Shown here piece after piece: positions 47,921 through 61,773 of a DNA stretch of 64,000 bases. The stretch lies in contig OZ336870.1 in the NCBI GenBank assembly GCA_965287045.1, positions 116,746,001 through 116,810,000 of the forward strand, in the 5' to 3' direction. Origin of the DNA: Carcharhinus amblyrhynchos (lineage: Eukaryota). Made by a program: the position numbers and the translations under genes. The notes below the pieces were generated by a model, which saw nothing but the letters and a program-made list of their open reading frames with translations, had not been told where the DNA came from and did not search any database. Positions within the stretch are counted from its first letter, which is position 1, and every line of letters begins with the position of its first letter.

Positions 47921-49739
47921 TAGCTTGCCCAACAGCACCACTTTCGTTACAATGATAGTTTCTTGATCCTCAATTGCCATAGCCTTCCTGTCATCAATTT
48001 TTGGCATGTTATTTGTGTCTTCCACTGTGAAGATCGACACAAAATACCTGTTCAGTGCCTCAGCCATTTCCTCATTTCCAGTTATTACATCCCCCTTCTC
48101 ATCCCCCAAAGGACCAATGTTTACTTTAGCCATTCTTTTTCATTTTATGTATTTGTAGACACCTTTGTCATCTGTTTTTATATTCTGGGCTAGTTTGCTC
48201 ACATAATCCAACTTACTTTTCTTTATAGCTTTTTTATGGCTTTCTGTTACCATTAACGATTTTCCAATCCTCTAATTTCCCACTAATCTTTGCCATTTTG
48301 TCTGCATTTTCTTTCAATTTGATACTCTCCTTTATTTCCTTAGATATTCATGGCTGATTATCTATTTTTCTACAGTCCTTCCTTATCACTGGTATATACT
48401 TTTGCTGAGCACTGTGAAAAGTCACTTTGTAAGTCCTCCACTGTTCCTCAATTATCCCACCATAATGTTTTTGCTCCCAGTCTACCTTAGCCAACTCCTC
48501 CCTCATCCCATTGTAGTCTCCTTTGTTTAAGAACAAGACACTGGTATTGAATTTTACCTTCTCATGCCCCAACTATATTTTAAAATCAGCCAGTCTGTGA
48601 ACCCTTCTTCCAAGAGGATTGTTAACTATAAGATCATTAATTATTCCTGTTTCATTACACAGGACCAGATCTAGGATAGCTTGCTCCCTTGTACGTTCCA
48701 TTACATGCTGTTCAAGGAAGCTATCGCAGATACATTGTATGAACTCCTCAAAGCTGTCTTGACCGACTTGGTGTGAACAATTGACATGTAGAATAAAATC
48801 CCCCATGATAATTGCTGTACTAGTTTTACATACATCAGTTATTTCTTTGTTTAGTCCTCACCCACCATTACGTTATTATTTGGTGGCCAATAGATTATGC
48901 CGATCAGTAACTTGATCTCCTTGCTATTTCTAATTTCCACCCAAATGGATTCAACCTTTTTTTTCCATAAAACCCATATCATCTCTCACTACTGCCCTGA
49001 TGTCATTCCTAAATATCAGAGCTATACCACCTCCCTTGCCTTCCTGTCTGTCCCTCCAAACAGTCTGATACTCCTGGATATTTAACTCCCAGTCGTGATA
49101 ATGTTAATCTCAATTTTGCCTTGTTGTTTCCTGCAAGCTGTGACTACTACCAGTTGTCGCACTGCTGGGTTTTAACATGTCTGTTCTTAGTCACTGTTCT
49201 TTGCTTCACTCCAGTAACAATGAGCAAACATTGTACATAATGCACAATGACATATGATTGGGAATGAGAAATATCACTTGCATCATTGAGAGATCCCTAC
49301 CTAGTCAATCAACCTTTCCCATGTCTGGTTTGTCAGCGTAGCCCAGAGTTTGCATGCACGTTGAACACTAGACAGATCCAGAGAAAGTGAAGTCATGAGA
49401 ATGCTGTTGTACAGTCATGGCACTGAGCTTTTAGCCATGCACAAGTGAAGCCCCTTTACTCCATTACTACCAAATGAAATTCTAAATCAAAGATTAAGAT
49501 TTGTTTAAGGAAAGTTGAGAAAATTTCACACATATTAAAAGCAAACTTTCTCTATAACAAGCCAGTTGTTAACATGTACAGTTTGTTATTCCAAATATAT
49601 CATGCAACACAATTAGTCCATGAATACCACAGAACATCAACCGAAACACATAGCTAAAAAAAAGTTAAATCACAATTCATTTTGTGTATCGAAGGAAGAA
49701 AATACTTACATTCATTGTTGACATTGAAGATTAAAATAC

Positions 49740-50060
49740 TGGCACCGTGGTTAACACTGCTGCCTCAGAGCAGCAGAGACCCAGGTTCAACTCTAGCCTT
49801 GAGTGACTGTCTATGTGGAGTTTGCATGTTCTCCCCGTATCTGCATGGGTTTCCTCTGGGTGTTCCGGTTTCCTCCTACACTCCAAAGAAATGCAGGTTA
49901 GATTGATTGCCCAATCTAAATTGCCCCTTAGTGTCAGGGTGACTAGTAGGGTAAACACATGGGGCTACGGGAATTGGGCCTGGTTGGGATTGTTGCAGGT
50001 GCAGGCTTGATGGGTGGAATGGCCTCATTCTGCATTGCAGGGACTTGGTGATTTTATAAT
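49740..50060 (+). mobile_element. tRNA-derived SINE
   Basis: TGGCACCGTGGTTAACAC head and family core. Confidence 0.75.
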
Positions 50061-52149
50061 TTCCAGAGGGGTCTTAACAGCATGCATGTGGAAATGATTG
50101 AGAAAGAATCAATAACTAGGGGATCACAGTTTAAAAACAAGAGGTCACTTATTTAAGACAGAGGTGAGGAGAAAGTTTTTCTCAGAGGGTTGTGAGTTTT
50201 TGAATTCTCTTCCTCAAAAGGTAGTGAAAGCTGTATGAATATTTTTAAAGCAGAGGTTGATAGATTCTTGATAAAGAAGGGGGTAAAATGTTAATGGGGA
50301 AATTGGGAATGTGGAGTTGATGTTGCGATCAGATCAGCCATGATATTACTGAACATTCATTAAAAAAATGTATTTGCAGCATTATTTCATGTTTTCTTCC
50401 CAGAATTTTAGTCAAATTCTCCCATTGCGAATCATTGCTGTAACATGTTTTTTTAAATTGGTGGCCCAATGGATATATGTCTTAACTCCAAAGGATTTCT
50501 AAAGTGCTGTCTTGAGCGTTGAGAGTGTAATTTGTTTACAGTTAATTCACACTGGAGACCAAGCAGTTTAGGAGTGCCAGAAAAATATGATTAGTTAGGC
50601 TGTTTATTGAGAACGGTAAACGGTTTTGTTAAATTGCTGTACAATGGAACTTGCTTAGCTAACCTCAGTTTCCTGTTAAAATGCAAATAGAGCAATATTT
50701 ATGATTCTGTTATTCTTAGTGTGACTTTGTTTTGTGTTTTGACCCTTTGTAACTTCAATAAATGCTCAGATCAGTCATGATCTCATTGAATGGTGGGGTA
50801 AACTCAATGGGCCAAATGCTCCTACATCTTATTGGTCTTATGGTCTTGTGCTTTGGCTGAAAGCCTTGCAGAGAGCTCTTCATCAGCATTATCCCACTGA
50901 TCATGGTGACTAGGTTGCAACCTGTATTAAGTATTAGTTTTTGTCTTTCAGGTTTCAATATACAGCAATTCAACCTATCTTCATTGCTGATCACTAAACT
51001 TAAGAGAAACTTAAAATGTTGCTTTGTTTTCCAAAACTATAAATCAGAAATGGCAAAACATGCTGGTCCAGATGGCTGCCTCAGAAAAATGGTTTACCCA
51101 CTTACACCAACAAACAGTTTAGGTCTGCATATGTAGTACAACATTAATTTAAAACTGAGACAAATAGAAATTGACCATGTCATGACTATTTATAGATTCT
51201 GCATGGTCTACTGTGTTTTGAATGCACGCACATTCAATGGTTGGATGGTGTCTGAGTAGATGGACTTGCACACATGCATTCACCTAATAATGACCGTCAA
51301 TAGCATGCAAAGCAGGCAAGTTATAACGTCAATCAATGTACAACTCCGATTTAACTCTGTTACTGCCATTTTCCGACATTGGGATCCAGATTAAACCCTG
51401 ATCACAACATTAATGGCATGACAGACCCACTACCAGCACTAATTAAAAGTAATTTCTATTTCTAGTCTAGTTGCTGGATTAGTTTTTCTGGCTAGTGGTG
51501 GAATTGCATGAAGTTCTGCAGTTTTATATGCTTGGCTGATGTTTGAATAATATACTAAAATGATCTGATGCTGAAATTGATAAAGATTGTCAATTTAATG
51601 AATGAACGCTGCGTTAGATGAGGCTTGGAGGGAAACTGATGATGGGCTTGCTCATCTTGACAACTAATTTCAGATCATTAAATTTCTTCCTGCACAGCAA
51701 CACACTTGGCATTGATCTCCACCATTACCTGTTCCCACTGGTTCCTGAGCATATGTTTGGAGGGCTTCCAGCATCACCTATGGATACAGGATGCTTTACC
51801 TTCTTTGAAACTCCTCAAGCAAGACTTCCAGTGCATTATTCTCCGGAAATGGTGATGTACACTTCTTGTATGTTCAGTTTTTCCTCAAAGCATCAAAGCT
51901 AGCCACTCACAGTATTCCACCCTCTGTTGATGTGTGAAGCTGATGGCTATCATGGGTAGCAGTGGCTAAAAGCAGCTCTCATGTAACACAAGAAACAGCA
52001 CCAATTTAACATACTGGCTGCAATACAACGAGTGAGCACCATGTACTACGATGTCGAGGCCCATATTTAGGGTTTAACGACTTTTTCCACTGTATACTCT
52101 CCCTTCCCCCAGACTAATGCACAGCACAGTACAATGGAGAAGTGATGGC

Positions 52150-52480
52150 CAGTGGCATTATCACTAGAAACTCAATTAACGTTCTGGGGACTTGTGTTTG
52201 AATCCTGCCAAGCAGATGGTGGAATTTGAATTCAATAAGAAGATCTGGAATTAAGAATCTACTGATGATCATGAAACTATTGTCAATCATCAGAAAAACC
52301 CATCTGGTTCACTAATGTCCTTTAGGGAAGGAAATCTGTCATTCTTACCTGGTCTGGCCTACATATGACTTCAGAGCCACAACAATGTGGTTGACTCTTA
52401 GCTGCCCAAGGACAACTAAAGATAGGTAATAAATGTTGGCCAGCCAGTGATGCCATGTTCTATGAATGAATAAAAAGAAA
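52150..52480 (+). mobile_element. SINE (same family as 4118-4500)
   Basis: Reverse-complement similarity to 4118-4500; A-rich tail. Confidence 0.75.
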
Positions 52481-53814
52481 AGTTGAAAAATGCAGACACT
52501 TTTCTGAACTTTTATTCCACTTATTGAAACTAAACTATGACACAGCTGCTCGTGAGTTATTTTGAACTGTATCATTAAGTATGAAATAAACATGTGATCA
52601 AAGTTGCCTGTTGTAAATATGTTGTTTATGCCATTTGAAACACTAAATATTTCACATTCTGTCAGAATCTAATTTGGCCTGTACTTAATATCAGACCTTG
52701 GCCTGAGATCCAATCCAATTCAACTCTGATACATCAATGCCAAACAGGCATGTGGGCTGCATTGTGAATCCTGCACTCTTGTAAAAATAGCAGCTTGTCT
52801 ATTCCCCAATGTCCCCTAGCTGGCTCATAGCCTGAAGCAGTGGTTTCATTAGCTTGGCTGCTAAAGAATAGAGATTTTTTTTAAAAAAACATGCACATGT
52901 AACACTTACACCAGTGCTTTCTAAATATTTTTCCATTGTGGCCCCATCTTAATGCCTCGGACTTAGTGTGATCCCAGAGTGAAAATTTAGGGGTCAGTGC
53001 TGGGGAGTGTGAGAAAGGGGGTGTGGGGAGTCATTGAGCAGGGCAAGGGGAGTGGTTTCATTGTTGAGAGGCTGTGAGGGGGAAGCTTCAGTTGTTTTGC
53101 CAATTCTGTTTTAGCCTGGAGGGTAACCAGCAGTCACTACTGAGCAAATCATTTTCTCAGTGCACTTAAATAATTTATCTCCTAATTTTATCTTTGGCTT
53201 TGGAAATAATAAACTTTTCACTCTGTTTAAATACATGGGTGCAGCTTGGTTTAAAGCATGGTCTTATTCTGGATAATCACTAGTACAGAAGTAAACAATA
53301 TAAGCATTTACCCACAGTACCAATGGACAAATGTTTGACTTTGTTCTTTCTCTTTAAGTTGAGAGATTTAAGCACAGACATATGTTCTATGACAGTTTTG
53401 TTAAACTGTGGCAGTACTCCGTCTTTGTAGTCAGAACAGAGGATTTTCTCAGCATTTGCAAATGCCTATGCTCAAAATGATTTGTAACATCCTTGGGGGT
53501 AAAATTGGGCTCAGTAGTGCCTATTGTTTGGGTGCTACAAGATCCATTAAACTTCCAAAATGGCATCCACAGCATGTGTAATGTGTTCATTGTGACATTA
53601 GTAAAGGGATTGATGTGCATGTGCCCAACATCTGTCGAGCAAGCAGATCAAGACTCCAATCAGCGTGGAATGATAATTTACCACCAGAGCTGCCATTTTG
53701 GAGCACCATATCTTTCTGTTCACCTCACACTGCTGAACATGTACTCAACAGCATGAAGGAGCACCAACCAGCACAATTTAAGGGAATCATTATCTTACAG
53801 GTATGGTTGCTGGA

Positions 53815-54095
53815 TTCGTAAAGTATATTTATTAGTCACAAGTAAGGCTTGCATTAACACTGCCGTGAAGTTATTGTGAAATTCCCTGCGTCGCCACACT
53901 TGGTACCTGTTCTGGTCAACTCCCCCAACTAACACGTCTTTCAGACTGTGGGAGGAAATTGGAGCATTCAGAGGAAACCTACACAGCCTCGGGGAGAACT
54001 TGAAATCTCCATACAGACAGTGACCCAAGCCAGAATCGAACCCAGATCCCTGGCACTGTGAGGCAGCACTACTCACCACTGTGCCACCGTGCCGC
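53815..54095 (-). mobile_element. tRNA-derived SINE
   Basis: GGCGGCACGGTGGCACAGTGG head on the minus strand. Confidence 0.8.
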
Positions 54096-55074
54096 CTAAT
54101 TATTCCAACTGTTGCCACAATTCTCCGCATTTTGGTACATTTTACTTCTTGGGAAAAATTTCAGTCATCTAAAAGGAATGATCTCGCTGGTGATTAAGTC
54201 ATTTTTGATGAAGTAAAGATTTGTGTACAAACCAGTTGTTTCCTGGTAAAGGTGGGGCTTCCCCTTGGTGTTGAGCATTGCTGAGAAAATGAAGAGAGGC
54301 CACACAAGAACAGAATAATCTTTCAGAAGTGAGCCGAGGAGGGGAGAAAGGATTTTCAGCAGGAGCATTTCTGCAGAGGATGTTTGAAGAGTAGATCTGC
54401 TGGAGAACAGAATGCAACGATGCTGTGGTGCACACAAAGCCATTTTTTACACTAATATCCAGGGCTATGATGACAGCAATCAGAGCTTCTATGTTAGTAA
54501 TCTGAGATTATATGACACCACTAGGTGTTTTTATTGCAGCACTCAGATGCTGGGTGGATGCTACTTGTGTTGCAATGGAAGCTCAAGCATTGACCTTCAG
54601 ATGTTGCAACACAGCTGGTGCCAGAGCTGTGCTGATGGAGGTATAACTATTCATCTCATGTTGGAAAGAATGGGCTCCAAGTCTGCAAAGAACCCTGTGC
54701 CAAGTTGGCGCTGGACTCTTTCATGAGCGTTGGCATTGACTGCAGGCTTTAAGTCAGGTTATTCACTGCACCAAGCATTTGGCCCATGAAAGTCATCATC
54801 CAAGTCTTCCACAGCAGAACTAGTGAGCGATCTCACTCTTCATTGAACTGGCCATGGCGCCATCCATATTTCCCCCTCCCCAGACAGCGGCATAGTCATT
54901 GCTGGTGTCTCACCATGTGAAGATCATGCTTCTATCCTATCCTTTCAATTAAATACAGTGTCAGATACGATTTGGTGGCTGATGGCCTTGTCATCTATGT
55001 CTTTCCGCTTTTGCACCACTGACTGGGTTTCAGTTCTTGTGTATCTCAAAGGAAACAGGGACATGAGTAAAAGG

Positions 55075-55310
55075 TAAGGTAAAATAACCATAGTCCCAGA
55101 TGACCATAGGCCACTTATCCCTGAAAAGGGGGGACGGGAAGGCAGCTTATGACTGGTGGTGATTTTAATCTGAGGATCACCACACCACAGGCAAGGGGTA
55201 AGGTTGGGAAGATGAGCCTTCATGAATAACCTTAGCTGGTACAGGAACTGAGCTTGTGCTGTTGGTGTCACTCTGCACCATGAACTGATTGCCCAGCCAA
55301 CTGAGCTAAC
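55075..55310 (-). mobile_element. tRNA-derived SINE (different family)
   Basis: Minus strand begins GTTAGCTCAGTTGGCTGG (A box) and has a B-box-like GCTCAGTTCC. Confidence 0.6.
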
Positions 55311-58300
55311 TCCCCAGGAACATGAATGGAGTTATGTGGAGGGGAGTGGGGTGAGTAAGAGGCTCAGGATTACGCCATAAGTAGCTTCTCAGATAGAAGA
55401 GAAAATAGGAAGAGAGAGAAGTGGAAAAACAAAAAAAGAGGATTACGTTGGGAGATATCCTCATGTTAATGGATTTATCCCCATCAGTCCGCAACAAAAT
55501 CCATTCCCATAATGGTCAGTACCTCCTCTTCTTAAATTATGCGATCTCACTTACTTTGCTGGGCATGAAGCTGAGAACATGTAGATTGTTTCTCCTCCAA
55601 TTAGTTTCTGTTACATTTCCTTGTGCACCACCTTGTCCCACAAGGAGAGGAAAGCAAGTCAGTGAGTGCTTTGCAATGTATTGAACAGCAGTATGTTGAA
55701 TCATTGTTGAATAGCTGCCAGTATGTCCGAGCTGTGAAATCTGGATTTGAGTCTTGCAGCATTGCTAAGAGTGTGAGACTGAGGGGAATCATATGAATGT
55801 CAGGCTTGAGACCTAGTTGTTAGAGGTTGTTGGTAGCTGAGTGATGAGGTTGTGGTGAATTGAGCAGAGGCTGAGGACAGTGGTACAGTTGGGGTACATG
55901 TGTCCCCGAGGATACAAGATATCATTCCTTTCCATATCCTCCATCCAGACTTGGCCTCCCTGTTACTGATTGCAGCCCATAAATGGCATGGGCAGAGCAG
56001 AAATCATTATAATGAGTAGACAGTAAAATGTAGGCTTACAAATTTAACCCACTTAACTTTTAATGAGAATTTCCAGAATGATTACTCTTTGGACTCCTGC
56101 CTCAAACTAAGGCATACATTCCCTTTCTATAATTATCTTATTTTCTGCACAGTCTGCCCCATTTACATTGAACTGCTCTGCAGTGTCTGTTAAATAATAA
56201 CTTGCATGGGGAAAATACATCAACCTTTTTTGTTGATTTTATTTCTAGCTTTGTTTTGCCTGAACAGTTGTGCATATCATAGCACAAGAAAAAGGCTAGA
56301 GTGTTCCTAAGCAGAGGATATCTGAGTAGTGGAAACTGTTGATGTAGCAAATTTCAGAAATATCCATTTGTTTAAACTTAGACTTGAAAGTAATGCTGCT
56401 GCAACATTGAAAGGGATAGACCAGATTCTACTTCTGGAAGGATATTGATTGCCTTAAAGTAAGGTTTACACTGCCACATAATCCTGCGTTTTACCTTCCT
56501 CATAGTCAGAGTACTATTGTGCATGAACAATGCAACCTGCTGATACACACCTTCAACACTTTTTTATGTTAATCGAGAGCATCCACAGTAGTGTTGCTAA
56601 AGAATAAAGAAAAGAACAAAGAAAATTACAGCACAGGAACAGGCTCTTTAGCCTTCTAAACCTGCACTGACCATGCTGCCTGATTGAACTAAAACCCCCT
56701 ATCCTTCTATTCTTATCCTATTCATGTATTTATCAAGGTGCCCTTAGAAGTAACTTGCCATTGCTAACATTCTCTCTCGTATAAAGCTGGTACCCTCCAG
56801 AAACCTATATTTTAGTGGGTCCTGCTTTGCCATTGGTGTACAATTGATTCTTGATCATTTTCTTTTTAAAGAAGATGTGGTACCAACACATACTTGACAG
56901 CAGATAATGCTTCATGAGATCACAATTGCCTCTCTTCTGCATACACTTCCCGTCTTGGAACAGCATTCCTAACTTACCTGTCAACCATGGCTGTGTAATG
57001 TAGTGATGCATGTTAGAATATGATCAACAAATAACACTGAGCCTGGTGAATTTTACTGCTTCATAATATGTTAAGCTGAGGTTTGGTGGGTATGTGACCA
57101 AAACTGGTTTTAACATAGAAAATCCGTGATGAAATTAAATTGCCACACTTACTGCCACTGCAATTAGGAATGCAATGTGAAAATCCATTTTCTAATTTTA
57201 AATAGCTACAATTGCAGGTTTTAGATTCACATGGATGCTAGTTTTAGCATTTTTTATGATGGTCAGAGAATTTACCTCTCAATGGATTCTACGCATTTTG
57301 AAATATAACACTGATCTATTGGCATATGAATGCAGACTGAGCATCTGATGATGAGGAGCCCTGCATTATTTGAGGTGCTGGCTTTCAGATGAGGCATTAA
57401 ATGTCAACATTTCATCTGCACTGTAGAAAAGAAAGGAGATGATGGGAAAATTGAGAAATGCTGAAACGGGAGGTCAGGGTAAGTTGTGTTTGGTGAAGAA
57501 ATGACTTAATTCACCATCACTTGGACTGAAGGTTCATTAATAAGCGCTCCATCAAATTTAGATGTGCAGATACTGTTGTTCACAGAAATAAGTGGCAAGG
57601 TGCTGACTTGAGTCTGCTTTTTGTAAAGATTGGAGGTGATCTAAGTGTTTATTCTTAAGTTTTTTCCCCAGGAGGAGGGAAAAGCTGACAAAGACAACAT
57701 TTATTGCCTAGCTGACTGAGGAAGGTGATATGCCACCTTCTTGAATAGTTACAGTAGTGGATACTCCCACAATGGCTTGGAAAAAGGAAGGGAAAAATTA
57801 GAAATAGAGGCCTGTTCAATTCTGGAAAATTAATCATCCACCGTCGGAAGGCTGAATTTGCAAAGTACAACAGCTCAGTCTGGTAGCACTCTTGCCTCTG
57901 AATCAGAAGATTTTTTGGTCCAAGTCCCACTTCAGAGACTGGAGCATGAAATCTAGACACTGTCACCTTTTTGCCAGTGCAGGGCAGTAAAGTGCCCTGC
58001 ACTGAAGGAAGTGCTATCTTCGCGATGAAACATTGAGCCAAATCTTCTGAGGAGCAACAATCACAATCAGATTGTCACTCCATTCCTATTTAAGTCGGTG
58101 AGGGAGTAGTGTGTGTTGAGAGGTCGGGGAATTAGTTGGGGTCAGGGATAGTAGGGTGGTTAGCATGTAATTGTGGGGCAGGGGGGAGAGAGGTAATCAG
58201 GTGGTTTTAGGATAGTTGGGTCAAGGGATAGTCAGGGGTGGGGTTAGAGAATAATTGGATTGGGAGTACTCAGGGGACATGAATATTTGGGTTGGGGTTT

Positions 58301-58478
58301 TTGGGGTGGGGAGTAGTCAAATTGAGGAGCATTTGGAATTTGGGAGGGTAATAGGGAGTTGGCAGATTAGTCTGGTCAGGCGGTGTCGTTGTTTGTTTGA
58401 GGGGAGTTATCAGGGGGTCCTGTGGAGAGTAGGGAGTGGGGGATGGTCAGTAGCATGGTTACTCAAGAGTTAGAACTC

Positions 58479-58613
58479 TTCTAACTTCTCTTAGGTAACT
58501 ATTCTGGTAAGTAAGTTAGAACTATCGAAAGTCTCTGACTTTAACTCAGATTTCTAACTTCTTTTGGGTAACTATTCTGGTAAGTAAGTTAGAACTATAG
58601 AAAGTATCTGACT
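58479..58613. repeat. Two-copy tandem duplication with a 73-bp period, each unit internally palindromic
   Basis: TTCTAACTT..GGTAACTATTCTGGTAAGTAAGTTAGAACTAT starts at 58479 and again at 58552. Confidence 0.85.
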
Positions 58614-61600
58614 AACTTTGAGTTTCAGGGAGTTCTATATGCCAGATAATTGCCCTTCAGAGGTCCAAATGTCTGGGGCAATTACCACAAAGTCAGTGTG
58701 AAGCTGTTCTCAGAAGTGCATCAGCACATCTTGGGGGGATACCAGGAGTGTATTGCAGAGAGAACAGTCCTATCACAATGCTGTAAGAGGAGGGGAAGGA
58801 AAGATGTGTTTGGTTGCGGTGTCATACTGGAAATGGCAGAAATGGCATGCAATAATCTGTTAAATGTGGAGGCTGATAGATAAGGAGATGTGGATAAAGA
58901 CGACACTGTCATAGTTCTACAAGGGCAGGAAAAGGTGACAGCGGAGGTGTGGGAAATAGAATGGATACAGTCAAAGGCCTGGTCAACCATTGTGGTGTGT
59001 AATCCTCAATGAAGAAAAAGGAAGCGTGTCCAAGGCACTGATATGGTTTGTTTAGATTAATTTTTGGACTCAGAATAAAGTATTAAAACTGTATCCTTTG
59101 TCAATGTATTGGTTGCTTAAAAAAACCACAACTTAGTTTTGATTAGTTCTTTCTAGCACTGTGAAACTCGTAGAATAATTGAATAGAATCATAGAACCCT
59201 ACAGTGCAGAAGAGCCCATTCAGCCCATTGTGTCTGCACCTACTCTCTGACAGAGCATCTTCCTCAGGTTATCTCCTCCACCCTACTCCTGTAATCCCAC
59301 ACATTTACCGTAGCTAATCCATCTTTTGGAAAGTCTGGAACCATAAACTCATTCTAAATTTGAAGGATAATTTGGCTTTCCCAATCTTCTCGTTTTTTTT
59401 ACTGAATTTGGCTCTCTCTACTGACTCCATTTTCAGTTGGCCAGTTGAACACTGGAAAGACCAAAACCATTGTATTTGGCACTATTACAAACATCATATA
59501 GTTGCCACAAATTCATCCCATTCTCATTTCAGGTTCAACCAGACTGTTTGACCCCAAGATTAACTTCCTACTCCAGATCCTGTCCACCATATAGATTGCC
59601 TTCCACCGACTAATCGCCATCCCACTAATTGTCCAAACCCCACCCAATACCTTACCACTTTCCTATGACTATTCAAACGCTCACCTATCCGGCCTCCCAT
59701 TTTCCATCCTCTATATTATTCAGCTCATTCAAAACTCCATTGCAAGAATGCTATCCTGAACCAAATCATGTTCACCCATCATGTACTCGCTCACCTACAT
59801 TGACTAATGGTTCTCTATCACTGCAAACAAAAGTTCTCGCCCTCATTCTGAAATCGCTTCATGGTTTCATGCCTCATTATCTCTGGAATCATCAACAATC
59901 CTACCTACAACCTGACAGCACTTTGTGTTGAAACAATGTGTGGAATTTTATGAGAGTGCTTCTAAGTGTCCAGCCAGCATGACAATGGGAGAGTTCCTGA
60001 TCTGCCTTTTGGGTGAGTTTTCATACACAATCTTGTGTACTTAGTCATTGAAAATATGGGTTAGACCGTTTCTCACTGCTGCAGGTGGTGGGCTGGGCTT
60101 AATTTGGCAGCCAACCTACAGAGGGAGCTATTGCACATGTGCAGGTCTCTGAAGCTGCACACGTGCAATTTCAGCTGCAGGGTCTGACAGACTGAGAGAG
60201 GGCTGTTAGGTTCCTGCTGCTGAAGCCAGCCTGAACCAATCTTCTACCCACGATCGCTGGGCCTGCAGCCAATCACGATCCCACTCTGCGCAAGATGCCA
60301 CCACCCAGACCAATCACGTCACCCTCTCCCCCCGAACCAATCCGATCGTGTTGCAGAGCAGCAGCGGCACCCCGCCTCCCCCAGTCCGATCATGTTGCAG
60401 AGTTGGAGTGGGTCCCTCTCCCCTACACTAGCCTTCATGCGCCACCCCTTCAGGCCCTGCCTCATAGATCCCACCTCCAGCACTGCCCTAGTGGGCATTG
60501 CCCAGGCACCAGGTTGGCAGTGCCAAGGTGACCAGGTGGCATTGCCAGGCTGGCTTTGTCCAAGTGTAGCAGAAGGGGATACAGAAGTCCCTGCTTTTGA
60601 GACTATTAAAATAAGTAGATTATTTTAAAATAGGGACACAGTGTGCCTTATATATATTAAAGTTATCACAATATGCCTCACTAATATATCATATGAAGAT
60701 GTTGTCTCTATAAGCACATATATAATCATTTTTGAAGAATTATTATAGAGTTTTACTGTATTTTTGTATTTTCTCATGAGCTTTGGCCGACAGGAAATTT
60801 ACCCTTTAGCATAATGGGGAATAATTTTAATTTAACAGATCACATACTTTTGGAACAATGAAGCTTAGAGTGTATACCCTACTATCAGTGGTAAGCCAAG
60901 CAGCTACAGGCAACCAAGGTTAGTGAAATGAATAGAAGGATTCAGCTTCTAACTGTAATAAATAAAGGGACTGACCACAGACCAGAGAAGATGACTTCCT
61001 TCTAATTCTCAGGACTGCAGGTGTTAACCGACTTTGAACCTAGTAGGTTTACATCGGGAAGGTTACCAGGCAATGAGGGGAAGAACTTTTGGGTTTGATT
61101 GACCGATGAATTTCTAATTCTGCTGGAAGGTAGAATGCTATTGGTCAAAGGAAATAAAGTGCATGAATGTAATTGGACCGTTCAGCTTGAATGATAAGTT
61201 GGGTGGAAGTATCAAATCTTCAGAAATGTATATCTGTTATACCCATATTATGTATCTCTCTCCCAAAATGTTGATCAAATAAAGAACATCTTTAAATACA
61301 TACTGCCTTTCACAAGTCTTGTTGCTTAATGAGATCGGCAGAGTACAAGGCCCCCAAGGAGTGATACCCCAAAAAATTCCCCTTACACCAAGGGCACCCC
61401 CCACTTGCTCTCGGCCTCCCTGTGGTACCTCAATGGCCTCCAATTCCACTGGTGAGGCCAATGCAACAGTTCCCCATTCCCTGGGAGCAGGGGTTTTTCT
61501 CGCCAGAGAGAACCTTGCTGGCCATAAAGGCAAGTGAGCCCAGACAATTGAATGCTCAAAAAACAGATGTGCATGAAGATTAGAATGAATTTGAATAATT

Positions 61601-61773
61601 TATTCAGCCTCTCACCCACTTCCTGATTTCTCAGCGCTCTCATGATTTTACTGGCTTGTTCAGCCCCTCAATGGGCAGGCTGAGCAGTAAAATTACGCCC
61701 AATGTCCGCCACCCCTTACTTTCTTTGCCCAGCAAAAGCTTTGCCCTGCTTTCAGCTGTCTAGGTCTTATTTT

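Larger units (their letters stand above)
43573..49097 (-). mobile_element. Older CR1 (endonuclease through 3' tail) in four pieces: 43573-43930, 44608-45112, 46809-47400, 47921-49097
   Basis: The minus-strand ORF remnants are collinear (MGDF.., LDLVLCNE, MHPRIL, NYRLVSLTS, KCEVIHFG, ESCVQFWSP, RRNFFTQRVV). Confidence 0.85.

Noticed and set aside
50935-51095. Plus-strand acceptor TTTTTGTCTTTCAG as an exon of a divergent gene
   Set aside because: No convincing donor, reading frame or homology. It cannot be supported without transcript data.
54400-56050. Possible Harbinger-like transposase remnants (also about 51230-52070)
   Set aside because: Too decayed to assign motifs or boundaries by eye.
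58479-58613. CRISPR-like repeat-spacer pattern
   Set aside because: Only two units, no unique spacers, no cas genes, eukaryotic context.
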